Assembly (NCBI GenBank): GCA_030599585.1
Contig: JAUVNS010000007.1
Span: forward strand, 1 to 64,000
Length of the DNA: 64,000 nucleotides
Direction of reading: 5' to 3'
Source: Promethearchaeota archaeon
GTDB taxonomy: Archaea; Asgardarchaeota; Lokiarchaeia; Sigyniarchaeales; SOKP01
In this document: positions 1 through 9,700 of the stretch, piece by piece
Layout: each line of letters starts with the position of its first letter
Numbering within the stretch: the first letter of the stretch is position 1
Position numbers and translations under genes: made by a program
The notes under the pieces: generated by a model
Database searches by the model: none
Told to the model about the DNA's origin: nothing
What the model saw: the letters and a program-made list of their open reading frames with translations, nothing else

Positions 1-1
1 A

Positions 2-742
2 TATATTTTTATTTTCAATTAGCCTTTTTAATTCATCTAACGAATCAATTAACAAATGTGGTTTAGATTCCGCCAACATCTCTTTCTTACTTACTCCCGT
101 TGCTACCCCTATAGTCCATACTCCTGCTTCTTTTCCTGCTTGAATATCTGATGGCATATCTCCAATCATGATAAATTCTTTCAAGTTGCAGGATTTATAA
201 CTCTCAAAAACAGGATTTAATGAGTTAGGATCAGGTTTAAGATCCGGTAAAAGATCTGCGCCAAACACTCCTTTGAACATGCTTTTCACATTGTTACTTT
301 CAAGATGGGGAATAATATTTTTAGTTTGGTTATGAGAAACAATAAAAAAATCGTAGGATTTTTTAAACTTTTTAATAAAATCATCTGCTTCCGGATAAAA
401 TGGAGCCTCTTTAGCGTATGTTAAATATGTCGTGAATATTTTCGTAGCAATTCGTAGTTTTTTTAAGAATGTTAGCGATTGGAGTGAGGTTATGTATTTA
501 AACAATTCGAACGCTTGTAGTATTATTTTGGGGAGTGGAGATCCTTGAATAATCTCCATTAATGCACCTATCTCTTGCATTGTGGTGTCGATGTCATAGT
601 TAATCTGTTTTTCATTGAAAACTTCTTCTATTGAATTTCTTAGTGATTCTCTTATATCGAGGAGAGTCCCGTCAAAATCAAATATAATTCCTCGAATTGT
701 CCCGTTCTGAAGCCGCTTTGCTAATTCGTTGTCAGAGTTCAT
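2..742 (-). CDS. HAD-superfamily hydrolase (phosphoglycolate phosphatase-like); runs off the left edge of the window
   Basis: Not in the ORF track. Manual translation from ATG 742: MNSDNELAKRLQNGTIRGIIFDFDGTLLD (motif I DxDGT)...LKPDP (motif III K)...MIGDMPSDIQAGKEAG (motif IV GDxxxD). Confidence 0.9.
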   Translation of the reverse strand, partial: MNSDNELAKRLQNGTIRGIIFDFDGTLLDIRESLRNSIEEVFNEKQINYDIDTTMQEIGALMEIIQGSPLPKIILQAFELFKYITSLQSLTFLKKLRIATKIFTTYLTYAKEAPFYPEADDFIKKFKKSYDFFIVSHNQTKNIIPHLESNNVKSMFKGVFGADLLPDLKPDPNSLNPVFESYKSCNLKEFIMIGDMPSDIQAGKEAGVWTIGVATGVSKKEMLAESKPHLLIDSLDELKRLIENKNI

Positions 743-1076
743 TATTTATTAAAAATTGGCTAATATTTTAATAACATTAATTTTCATTTGTTGATATCTT
801 TACTTAAGCATGTGTTTGTATAAAAATTTTTTGTTTGTAATAATACACTATAGAGTATGATTTGTTTTCGTTTAACAAAAGCTCAGAAAGGAGTTTTCAT
901 GAGTGATAGGAACAAGCCCCATTAAAAATTGGATTAGTACTTTCTTGATCATCTCGAAGATATTTCTAAATACTAAAATTTATCCAACAGAACTGCCCTA
1001 GCTGCAATATTATCCATTTAATATATAATTTTTAAATAACATGTGTGAAATAATTATATAATTAGAGGTTTTTAGT

Positions 1077-1223
1077 ATGGAACTTCAAAAAGTATTTCAA
1101 AAGGATAAATATAGACACTCTGAGTTTTTGGAAATGATTCCCATAAAAGAGGAAAAACTTTTAAAGCTTTTTCTGAAAAGAAATCATTACCCAATCAGGA
1201 TTGAATACGAAGTATCTCAGTAA
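1077..1223 (+). CDS. putative small protein (48 aa)
   Basis: ATG preceded by AGAGGT (SD-like); MELQKVFQKDKYRHSEFLEMIPIKEEKLLKLFLKRNHYPIRIEYEVSQ*; no recognisable motif. Confidence 0.35.
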   Translation: MELQKVFQKDKYRHSEFLEMIPIKEEKLLKLFLKRNHYPIRIEYEVSQ

Positions 1224-1386
1224 ATATTAAAATTTAGATTACCTTATTCACTCACTAATTTGTCCAAACTTGCTTATTTTACAGTTAGAATTTCCTAACA
1301 CCTTGTTTTTTGTTGAAATACTTAAATTAAATGCAGTAGATGTAACTACAAGATTGACCATTAACTATAGGACGGATTTGACAAAT

Positions 1387-1791
1387 ATGTCTGAAAAAAT
1401 ATCAAATGATGTGAAGGAAGGAACATTCGCTGAGGCGATCCTAGAGACTTACGGTCCACTCAATAACAACGAGAAGTTTAAAGAGAAATATGCTGATAAA
1501 AGCTTTAAAATTCTTTTAAATCCAAAAAACGGAAAATTTGCTGCTCTAATTACAGTAAATAATGGAACTGTTTCAGTTAAAGGAATAGAAAACCAAGATA
1601 AAAAAAACCTCGATCAGCAAGAACTCGGCTGGGATGGCTTCATGCAAACTACTTTAGCTTTATTTGACGAAATTGGAAAAGGAAACCTGTCTCAAAGCGA
1701 TATCGTGAAGAAAGTGGTGTCTCGTAAAATTAAAATGAAAAATGTGAAAATTGTGGCAAAACTTTCCGAAATGGGAGCACTCTTAAATTAA
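1387..1791 (+). CDS. SCP2 sterol/lipid-binding-like domain protein
   Basis: Likely start is ATG 1387 (MSEKIS), not the TTG at 1270. Pattern FKILL...ALITVNNGTVSV...D...TTLALF.EI.KG.L....VVSRKIKM matches the SCP2 fold pattern. Confidence 0.55.
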   Translation: MSEKISNDVKEGTFAEAILETYGPLNNNEKFKEKYADKSFKILLNPKNGKFAALITVNNGTVSVKGIENQDKKNLDQQELGWDGFMQTTLALFDEIGKGNLSQSDIVKKVVSRKIKMKNVKIVAKLSEMGALLN

Positions 1792-1806
1792 TATCATTTA
1801 ATTCTA

Positions 1807-1817
1807 TTTTTTTTTTT
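1807..1817 (+). terminator. oligo-T tract, putative archaeal intrinsic terminator
   Basis: 11 consecutive T beginning 16 nt after the stop codon at 1791. Confidence 0.4.
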
Positions 1818-1924
1818 AATGCGTTCTTTCTTTCTATTCAATTCGTTCAATAATTTAAAATGTGAAATCTCATTTTCTTTTTCATAAATTTAAAACAATT
1901 TAGATTTTAGGTTAGATAAATTTT

Positions 1925-3340
1925 ATGGAATCAGATAGGGACGAACCGTCTTATAATAAAGCCATTTGGCCTGTTTATCTCCTTAACGGTTTTAATAGTA
2001 TTGCGTTTGCCGGAATAATAATCCTTATGGTCCCCTTGTCCACTCTGATCTGGCCTGGAGAAGAATATCACGCTTTGGAAATGGGAGTAATTATGACAAC
2101 TCTGCTTTGGAGCTCTTCAATTTCGGGGTTATTTTTTGGTAGGTTGATCGATAAATATTCTCGAGTAAAAGTTTTACTAATTATCTCAATTGTTAGAAGC
2201 ATATGTATGATATTGCTTGGATTCGCCATCCCCGGTCAAGGTATTATTACATGGTGGTATTTTCTTTTTGTTGTATTGATTTTTGGCATGTTTTCAGGTG
2301 GAAGTTATCCAGCTATAGTTTCATTATCACATGACATAGTTCCGTTAAAGCATCGCTCGAAATTTTTTGGAAATTTTAGCGTTTCAGGCTCGCTTTTTAT
2401 GATGTTTGGATTTCTGATATCTGGTTCACTAATTCAATTTGGTTTATGGAGATATTATTTTATTGGGATAGGAGTCGCTATTATAGGGTCTGGAATCCTA
2501 TTTTACCTAATTGTTAAAGAACCGAAAAGGGGAGTGCAAAACAAGGAACTGCAAAATGTACTTAAAGATGATTCTATAGAATATGATTTTAAAATGGACA
2601 AGAAATCAATACGTAAAACTATGTTATCTCGCACCAACAAAGCTGCTTTAATAGAGGGAATATTTTCTAATGTATTCATGGGTAGCTTGGACATGATAAT
2701 TTTACCTTATTTGCAAACACCACCTCACAATTTATCTCCACTTGTAACTGGGTTATTTGTTGTTGTTTTTGGCGTTGGTGGACGTGTCATTGGACAGATT
2801 TTTCTCGCAAGGCTTTCTGATAAAGCAGCAGAAAAAAAAGGAATCAGAAGGATTTATTTCATAATAATATCTTTGATAGGGGGTTCAATAACTTTTGTTC
2901 TGATGTTTTTCGTTCCTATTCCTTTTCTAACGCCAGAACAAGGAGCAGATATAGTACTTTTCTTTTCACTTCCAGTAACTTATATGATGGGTGCATTAAT
3001 TTTGACTTCTGACGCAGTTTCCTCTTTGTATATGGTCAATCAACCTCCAGTGCTTCAAGAAATAAACCTTCCCGAAGCTCAAGGTCAAATAGTTTCTTGG
3101 AACCAATTTTTAGAAAATGTTGGCTATGGAATGGGGCCTTTAATTGCGGGGGTCTTTATTTCGGCTTTTGGTCAAGATTACCAAGTCAGCGCCATGATAA
3201 TAACGGTTTTTGTAATACCTGGAACAATCCTCTGGATATTGTCATTAAAGTGGTATTCTTTTGATAAAAATACAATTAAGGAAATATTAGAAGAGAGAGC
3301 ACAAGTATTAGAAACGAGAAAATCGACACAAGATCCATAA
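1925..3340 (+). CDS. MFS transporter
   Basis: About 12 hydrophobic segments; motif A-like GRLIDKYSR; second-half ARLSDK. Confidence 0.9.
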   Translation: MESDRDEPSYNKAIWPVYLLNGFNSIAFAGIIILMVPLSTLIWPGEEYHALEMGVIMTTLLWSSSISGLFFGRLIDKYSRVKVLLIISIVRSICMILLGFAIPGQGIITWWYFLFVVLIFGMFSGGSYPAIVSLSHDIVPLKHRSKFFGNFSVSGSLFMMFGFLISGSLIQFGLWRYYFIGIGVAIIGSGILFYLIVKEPKRGVQNKELQNVLKDDSIEYDFKMDKKSIRKTMLSRTNKAALIEGIFSNVFMGSLDMIILPYLQTPPHNLSPLVTGLFVVVFGVGGRVIGQIFLARLSDKAAEKKGIRRIYFIIISLIGGSITFVLMFFVPIPFLTPEQGADIVLFFSLPVTYMMGALILTSDAVSSLYMVNQPPVLQEINLPEAQGQIVSWNQFLENVGYGMGPLIAGVFISAFGQDYQVSAMIITVFVIPGTILWILSLKWYSFDKNTIKEILEERAQVLETRKSTQDP

Positions 3341-3503
3341 CCTTAATATAAATAAGTCAAGGTAAAAATTGTCGATCTTTATTTCTTTTTAAGTAACTTA
3401 TTTCAATTAGATGGAATAATAAACATTCAAATAATCTTGTTGATATACTATTTGTTAGAAAAGCAAATAATACTTTTCAACTTTAATCAATTTGTTGATT
3501 GGA

Positions 3504-4046
3504 ATGGGAAAAAATTTAACCTCTGCCTTACAATTTAAGCTTCCGATTTTTGGAGATGCTGGAGTTGGGAAGACCACCTTAACTCATCGTTATCTACACG
3601 GATTATTTAAAGAGAGTTACCATCACACTATTGGAGTTGATTTCTTCCTCAAGCGGTTTGAGGTGAATGGTAAAAAAGTGTCTTTACAAATTTGGGATTT
3701 TGCAGGTGAAGAAAAATTTAGATTTCTCTTGCCCGGAATCATAAATGGGGCTCATGGAACGATTTTTATGTTTGATATAACCCGGTATGTAACTTTTGAA
3801 AACATAAATAATTGGCTAAATGTGTTTAACAAAGCTAACGAAACTCACGATCAAAAGGTACCCGTCTTATTGGTTGGTAGTAAGACCGATCTCATAGGAT
3901 TAAGAACCGTTCCAGCAGAAGAAGGTAAGAAATTTGTAAAAAAGAATAATTTAGTCGGGTATATCGAGTGTTCTTCAAAAACTGGAGAAAATGTGGAATC
4001 AATATTCAGAGCTATTACTAAAATGATGATTAGTAATATCAAATAG
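3504..4046 (+). CDS. Rab-like small GTPase (Ras superfamily)
   Basis: G1 GDAGVGKT, G2 TIGVDF, G3 WDFAGE, G4 variant GSKTD, G5 CSSK; probable start ATG 3504. Confidence 0.92.
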   Translation: MGKNLTSALQFKLPIFGDAGVGKTTLTHRYLHGLFKESYHHTIGVDFFLKRFEVNGKKVSLQIWDFAGEEKFRFLLPGIINGAHGTIFMFDITRYVTFENINNWLNVFNKANETHDQKVPVLLVGSKTDLIGLRTVPAEEGKKFVKKNNLVGYIECSSKTGENVESIFRAITKMMISNIK

Positions 4047-4164
4047 TAAGTGCTTACCTAAATTTTTATAAAAAATTATTATACCTTTTAATAATTAATA
4101 TAAACTAATAGTGCATAATGTCTAATTTTAGCATTATTCTATTATTAGAAATTAAGTTATTTTA

Positions 4165-5793
4165 GTGAATATTATGAAATCTATGTCTGAACTTGATGTT
4201 CCAGTTCCATCGAAGCGTTCATTGATCGTTAGGAATAATAAAGAAGTTTCTAAAGAACAGAGAGAGATAGCCTTAAAGGAAACGGAATATAGTATGTTTT
4301 CGTTTCCTGCAGATATGCTTGTTTTGGATTTTCTTTCTGATAGTGGCAGTTCATCCATGACTGACTTGCAATGGGCTTCCCTTTTTCACGGCGATGAATC
4401 GTATGGGCGTAATAAAGGGTATTATGTTTTGCTGGAGGCCATAAGAGACACTTTTGAGAGGGGAGATGAGCCAAAAAAATCTGTTAACTTAATTCTTTCT
4501 GGAGAAACTAATGTTACCACACTTATGGACGAACTTTACCTCAAAACATTCGAGGGTGGATTTGTTAATGGAGGTGTTCACCAGTTAGCTCGGCCTAATG
4601 CTTTCATAGTTCCCCAAGGTCGTTGTGCAGAGCATTTGTTATTCTCTACTATTGCGTCTATATTAAAAGAGAACAATCCTAATAAAGAATATTATATTCC
4701 AAATAACGGACATTTCGATACAACCGAAGCTAATATTGCGGTAAATGGAATTATCCCCATAAATTTATTTTCTGCGAATTTATTTGAGGATTTCCCTTCA
4801 GATCAAATGGATTTTACGAATCCTTTTAAGGGTAATATGGACAGTGAAGAACTTAAAGCCTTTATTCAAAATAAAGGAGTTAAAAGCATACCTTTAATAT
4901 ATTTAACTATTACAAATAATACCGCTGCTGGTCAGCCTGTTTCTTTAAAAAATATAAAAGAAATTAGTGAGATCGCTCGTAGTTGTAATATTCCACTTTT
5001 CTTCGATGCTTGTAGATTTGCTGAAAATGCTTACTTTATTAAAAAATTTGAAGAAGGATACAACAATTATAGTGTCCAAAAAATCGTTCAAGAAATGTTC
5101 TCGCAGGTTGATGGTTTTACAATTAGCTTTAAAAAAGATGGTCTCGCTAATATAGGTGGAGGTTTATTTTTTAGAGATGAAGGAATATTTTACAAAAATT
5201 TCTCGACTAACGGGAATATTGGAGCTAAATTAAAAGAAAAACAAATCCTTACATTTGGGAACGACTCGTATGGGGGATTGTCAGGTCGGGACATTATGGC
5301 TTTAGCAGTAGGGTTATACGAAGTTGTTAAAGAACCATATTTGGCTGAGAGGATTCGACAAGTTCGAGAATTCGCAAGAAAATTGGCAAATAACGGAGTT
5401 CCCGTCGTACTTCCCGCTGGAGGACATGCAGTTTATATTAATGTGGAGGCGTTTTTTAAAGGTACCGCCATGGAAATTGACGATTTTGGTGGTGTTGGCT
5501 TTACGATCGAGCTTCTCAGGCATTATGGAATTAGAGCTTGCGAACTGGGGCCTTTTGCGTTCGAATGGGATAAGAAAACACCAGAACAACGTAAAGGAAT
5601 ATTGAATTTTGTACGGTTTGCTGTCCCTAGGAATGTGTACGATACTTCCCATATTGATTACGCAGTTGCGGCTATTACAGAACTTCATCGCAATCGAGAC
5701 AAAATTCCAAAAGTGAAAGTATCCCGAGGAATTAATTTACGATTACGTCATTTCCAATCAGGACTAAGGCCGGTATATCCAAATGAGAACTAG
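4165..5793 (+). CDS. tnaA: tryptophanase (PLP-dependent beta-eliminating lyase)
   Basis: DFLSDSG, GDESY (catalytic Tyr), QGR, FDTT, DACRFAENAYFIK, SFKKD (PLP Lys), LRHF. FDTT and LRHF favour tryptophanase over tyrosine phenol-lyase (FTTT/LRFF). Confidence 0.8.
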   Translation: MNIMKSMSELDVPVPSKRSLIVRNNKEVSKEQREIALKETEYSMFSFPADMLVLDFLSDSGSSSMTDLQWASLFHGDESYGRNKGYYVLLEAIRDTFERGDEPKKSVNLILSGETNVTTLMDELYLKTFEGGFVNGGVHQLARPNAFIVPQGRCAEHLLFSTIASILKENNPNKEYYIPNNGHFDTTEANIAVNGIIPINLFSANLFEDFPSDQMDFTNPFKGNMDSEELKAFIQNKGVKSIPLIYLTITNNTAAGQPVSLKNIKEISEIARSCNIPLFFDACRFAENAYFIKKFEEGYNNYSVQKIVQEMFSQVDGFTISFKKDGLANIGGGLFFRDEGIFYKNFSTNGNIGAKLKEKQILTFGNDSYGGLSGRDIMALAVGLYEVVKEPYLAERIRQVREFARKLANNGVPVVLPAGGHAVYINVEAFFKGTAMEIDDFGGVGFTIELLRHYGIRACELGPFAFEWDKKTPEQRKGILNFVRFAVPRNVYDTSHIDYAVAAITELHRNRDKIPKVKVSRGINLRLRHFQSGLRPVYPNEN

Positions 5794-5839
5794 GGAATTT
5801 AAATTTCATTATGAGTTTTTATAACCCTTCTTCTTAAAA

Positions 5840-6370
5840 CTAACCATAAGGATTAGCTAGAATGTCATGCCATGGCAAATAAAATGAAAACGCTGTAAAC
5901 TCAATTATTGAGAGAACTAGTAAAATTAGCAGAAGAACTCTCAACCTCTTACCAAACTCTAATTTCGCAATTTCTACTTCAAAAAATCCGAGAAATAATA
6001 CTGATATGTATACGACAGTTTGCGCAGATATGATTTCCACGACGAAATGCATTTGCCAAGGATAGACTACACGAGTGAATAAGAAGAACAAAAATATTAA
6101 AAATGGGTATAAAACCATAGAAAAGACACGAGAAAACAGAAACTTAGATTTATTTGCAATTTTTTTCTTGAAAACGAAGAACTCAATTACGGTTAAGATG
6201 AGGTAAGTATAAAAACCTGTTTTCATGTGTTGGAATACGGCTTCATTTAGGGGACTAAAAATCAGTACTACAACATTCGGAAAAATTTTATACGCATAAT
6301 GCATTCCAGTAAAAATCACCAAAAAAAGAAGACTTCGAACATATATGTATTTACTATCACCTAAATTCAT
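5840..6370 (-). CDS. membrane protein, DUF6512-like
   Basis: About 5 TM helices; H.AY...P.NEAVFQHMK resembles the NES.WEH.K motif of this family. Confidence 0.55.
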   Translation of the reverse strand: MNLGDSKYIYVRSLLFLVIFTGMHYAYKIFPNVVVLIFSPLNEAVFQHMKTGFYTYLILTVIEFFVFKKKIANKSKFLFSRVFSMVLYPFLIFLFFLFTRVVYPWQMHFVVEIISAQTVVYISVLFLGFFEVEIAKLEFGKRLRVLLLILLVLSIIEFTAFSFYLPWHDILANPYG

Positions 6371-6566
6371 TCATATCCCCAAAATTAAAGATTTATTAAT
6401 TGTAAAAAACCTAAAACTAAACTAGTAAGAGTAAAATTACATATTAAAATTACTTAATTAACAACTTTTCCGTTCTGTTAGTAAGAATACGGAAGAAGTT
6501 GAATCTTATTAGGACTCAGAGGTCTTAGATATTATAATTAAAACGATGGAACATTCGAAACACTAT

Positions 6567-6884
6567 TTAAATATCTAAAGTTCTCAATTTTTTGGAAAGA
6601 TTTTTCCTTCTTAATATCTTCATAAAATCGTCTTCACTTTGCTTCAATCTGCCTAAAAATGAATCTAATTTGTCAAAATTGTTAAACCAATGCTCTTCTC
6701 CATTAACAATTATCTTTACGCCTTTTCTTTCTGTGCTAATGATGGCGTAGATGCCCCCTACCTCTGAATCATGCTTAATAAAGACTTTTTCAGATTCTAA
6801 GTTGCGTTCCTTTTCGTTACCTTTTTTAGCCCAAAACTGATTTTTAAGAAGATAGCTTCTATACATGCTCATTTTATCACACAC
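6567..6884 (-). CDS. hypothetical protein
   Basis: 105-aa ORF with typical composition; no motif recognised. Confidence 0.55.
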   Translation of the reverse strand: MCDKMSMYRSYLLKNQFWAKKGNEKERNLESEKVFIKHDSEVGGIYAIISTERKGVKIIVNGEEHWFNNFDKLDSFLGRLKQSEDDFMKILRRKNLSKKLRTLDI

Positions 6885-7261
6885 ACATCCTTATTTTTTA
6901 TATATTTTATAGGAATCATCATGGTATTCGTAATGATGACCCTTTGAGTAGTATCCAAGTAATATAAACTTAGGTTAGGTAATAGAACAATGTGTTATCT
7001 ATGTTATATCCGCATATTACGCTAATTTTAATTTTGTTCTCCTAAATTAAATACTCAGATACTTTATAAAAAGAAACACGCAAAATTAGTATATAAATAA
7101 CAAAGTAAACGAAAATACAGTAAATACTAAATTAAAATTAGTTTAGGTCGATTTCCATTGCAAGTTTGTTTTATGGTCACGGTTTTTCTCAATAAGAAAT
7201 CATTTTAAATAGTAGCGAAATAAATAGTATATTAGTAATTTATACGAATATTAGGAAGTAA

Positions 7262-7567
7262 GTGGGGTATTCATTAAAAATGATGAGTGAATGCGATTTT
7301 TACACTAATCTTTACGATGATTATATTGAAACCAGAAACGATGAAAACGAGAGATTTTTATGGAAAACGCGCAAAATTATCGATTTGATGAAGGTTACGA
7401 CCGAAAAAGACGCTAATGGATTTATGGAAAATGGTTTAAGAATGATTATGCTTCTTTTTAAGCATTTTAAAATAAGTCAGTGTGATCTTTGTAGTATCGA
7501 TTTAATCGACACACCCTTTAATGAGAAAGAAGAATTAATACTTATTTTACAAGCAGAATTTACTTAA
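7262..7567 (+). CDS. hypothetical protein
   Basis: 101-aa acidic ORF; overlaps the convergent PUA gene by 8 nt. Confidence 0.55.
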   Translation: MGYSLKMMSECDFYTNLYDDYIETRNDENERFLWKTRKIIDLMKVTTEKDANGFMENGLRMIMLLFKHFKISQCDLCSIDLIDTPFNEKEELILILQAEFT

Positions 7568-8066
7568 ACTGCTTTTCAAATTTCCATACATTATCTTGTA
7601 TCGTATGCAGGTTTTTTACTACTTTACCTGAATTTTTGTTTTCCATTTCTTTAGCATCAAACATTGCCTTTCCTATAGCTAAAGCTCGATCATGATTTTC
7701 ATCCACAATTACCACTATATCGCCTTTTTTTATCGAGGGTTCAATATGTGTAATACCTGGCCTCATCACATCAGCAGCATTAGTTACAAAACGGATAGCT
7801 CCTTTATCAACTACAATTTTTTTCAAATCTACTTGTTTATTTAGAAGAAGCGTTAAAACTGGTATATACCCATCTTTAGACCTCCAAAGCTTTAAAACAT
7901 TATTCACGGCGTATAGCGTATCTCCCGCATCTGTTTGAATTAATTCTATACGAGCTTTTTTGGGAAATATCTGTGCAACGAATTTTTCATCGTATTGATT
8001 TAAAAGATCATCTTGCAATTCTCTTATTTGTGATTTTTGAATAAAATGCCTTTGTTTAATATTCAT
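7560..8066 (-). CDS. pre-PUA/PUA RNA-binding protein (DUF1947, Tma20/MCT-1-like)
   Basis: VDKGAIRFVTNAADVMRPGI...GDIVVIVDENH.RALAIG...GKVVKNLHTIQD.VW. Confidence 0.92.
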   Translation of the reverse strand: MNIKQRHFIQKSQIRELQDDLLNQYDEKFVAQIFPKKARIELIQTDAGDTLYAVNNVLKLWRSKDGYIPVLTLLLNKQVDLKKIVVDKGAIRFVTNAADVMRPGITHIEPSIKKGDIVVIVDENHDRALAIGKAMFDAKEMENKNSGKVVKNLHTIQDNVWKFEKQFK

Positions 8067-8160
8067 AGTTCATAGGGTTAATAAAAATCATCAAATTTAA
8101 ACCTTATAATTTTGGTAAAGTATCTCTTAAAATAAGGATGAGTTACAAAAAAATCTACTA

Positions 8161-8733
8161 CTAATAATCCTCTTTGTGCTTGTAAACAAGTTCCGCGATT
8201 TTATGGAACAAATGTTTAACTGTTTCACCAGTGAGAGCTGATGTCTCTAAATAGGGGGCACTTAATTTCTCGCTCAGATGTTCGGCCATAGGCAAAATAA
8301 TTTTCCTTTCTTCTTTTAAATCTACCTTATTTCCGACTATGATTCGTGGGACTCCACTGAGGCCATATTTTACGCAGGAATTCCACCAATTATTGACGTT
8401 ACTAAATGTACTAGACCGAGTTATGTCAAATACAAGTATTACGCCATCCGCTCCGTTGAAATATGGGCGATGCAACATATAAAACTGGGGTTGTCCGGCG
8501 ATATCCCAAAACATTAAATTTACTGTGGCGTTTTCCTCTTCCAATTCGATTGGTTCTTTTAATATGTTTGTTCCGACGGTTGGTAAATATTTTTCTTCAA
8601 ACTTGTTTGTAGCAAATTTAGAAAGGAGACTTGTTTTTCCAACAGCAGGATCTCCTATAACAATTACTTTATAAATTGCTTCAGTTCTCCCTTTAAAAAC
8701 GATTCCTCCTTCTTTTCGTTCTTGATCGCTCAT
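8161..8733 (-). CDS. Rab-like small GTPase
   Basis: GDPAVGKT, YLPTVG, WDIAGQ, GNKVD, ETSAL; no C-terminal Cys prenylation motif. Confidence 0.93.
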   Translation of the reverse strand: MSDQERKEGGIVFKGRTEAIYKVIVIGDPAVGKTSLLSKFATNKFEEKYLPTVGTNILKEPIELEEENATVNLMFWDIAGQPQFYMLHRPYFNGADGVILVFDITRSSTFSNVNNWWNSCVKYGLSGVPRIIVGNKVDLKEERKIILPMAEHLSEKLSAPYLETSALTGETVKHLFHKIAELVYKHKEDY

Positions 8734-8916
8734 GTGTTTTCTGATCGCTTATGGTTTTTATTTTTTTAGTTATTATATTTATTATGAACTTCTTGTTTAT
8801 ATTTCTTAACAATTTAATACCTCGATTTAAGCTTTAGATTTGAAAAAGTTAAGTTCTAATGAAATTTTTTTTAAACCAAATTCTTAAAATTCTTAATAAG
8901 TTAAAATTAAACAGAT

Positions 8917-9555
8917 TTAATCTTTAACCATTAATTTGTTGTTCCAAAAAGTGATTTTATCCACTAGATGATCTTTAATTGACTTCGAAGTTGTATCTTG
9001 TTCGTCCATTAAATCATTCAATGAACTAGCTGAATTTAATCGATTAACAACTTGTGAAATTTCGTATAAGATTCTATGACCACCAGTAAATTCATAAATA
9101 TCTTCTTTAACTTGCTCTAAAATTGGTTTGACAGCAATAGGATCATCAAGAGCTTCTAAATTCTCTCTCAAGTCATTAAATTGTTTTAATATAATATCTT
9201 TTTTGCTTGTTGCTGTTTCGTCCCTATCAACAGAATTCTCAACTTCTTTTTTCTTCGAAGAAATTTGACCCATGTTTTTAAGCAAAGATTTAATTAAATC
9301 TAATTCATCTTCTAAGACTTTTTGATTTTCTATAACGTTGCTAAGCTGTGGTATCAAACTTTTTATATCGATTGTTGCTTTGTCCAAATTGTTAATTTTA
9401 TCAGTTAATTGGGTTATCTTGAGGTTAGTTTGTCCCATTTTTGTTATTATGTCCATACCAAATTTTTCTAATATTGAAGAAAATGCATCCATCTTAGATT
9501 GGAACTCTTCAAATGACTTAGACAAATCTTCTTTTTTTTGATCCATTGATTCCAC
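8917..9555 (-). CDS. coiled-coil protein with C-terminal helical bundle (shared with 52926-55157)
   Basis: Heptad-rich N-half; the C-terminal ~90 aa align with the C-terminus of the 743-aa protein. Confidence 0.75.
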   Translation of the reverse strand: MESMDQKKEDLSKSFEEFQSKMDAFSSILEKFGMDIITKMGQTNLKITQLTDKINNLDKATIDIKSLIPQLSNVIENQKVLEDELDLIKSLLKNMGQISSKKKEVENSVDRDETATSKKDIILKQFNDLRENLEALDDPIAVKPILEQVKEDIYEFTGGHRILYEISQVVNRLNSASSLNDLMDEQDTTSKSIKDHLVDKITFWNNKLMVKD

Positions 9556-9700
9556 CTTTGTGTAATGTAAAATTCTCCAGCAAAATTAAAGAGAACATTA
9601 TATAAGATCAATTTTTTATTCTTTTTATAAATAAATAAATATAGTATTAAAATTTAAATCCAAGTTTTTTGGGCATTTTAATTTACCTTACTCAACTTCC

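Noticed and set aside
1270-1386. TTG-initiated N-terminal extension of the SCP2-like ORF
   Set aside because: The extension looks non-coding; the ATG at 1387 follows a GGACGG purine-rich element and gives a typical single-domain length.
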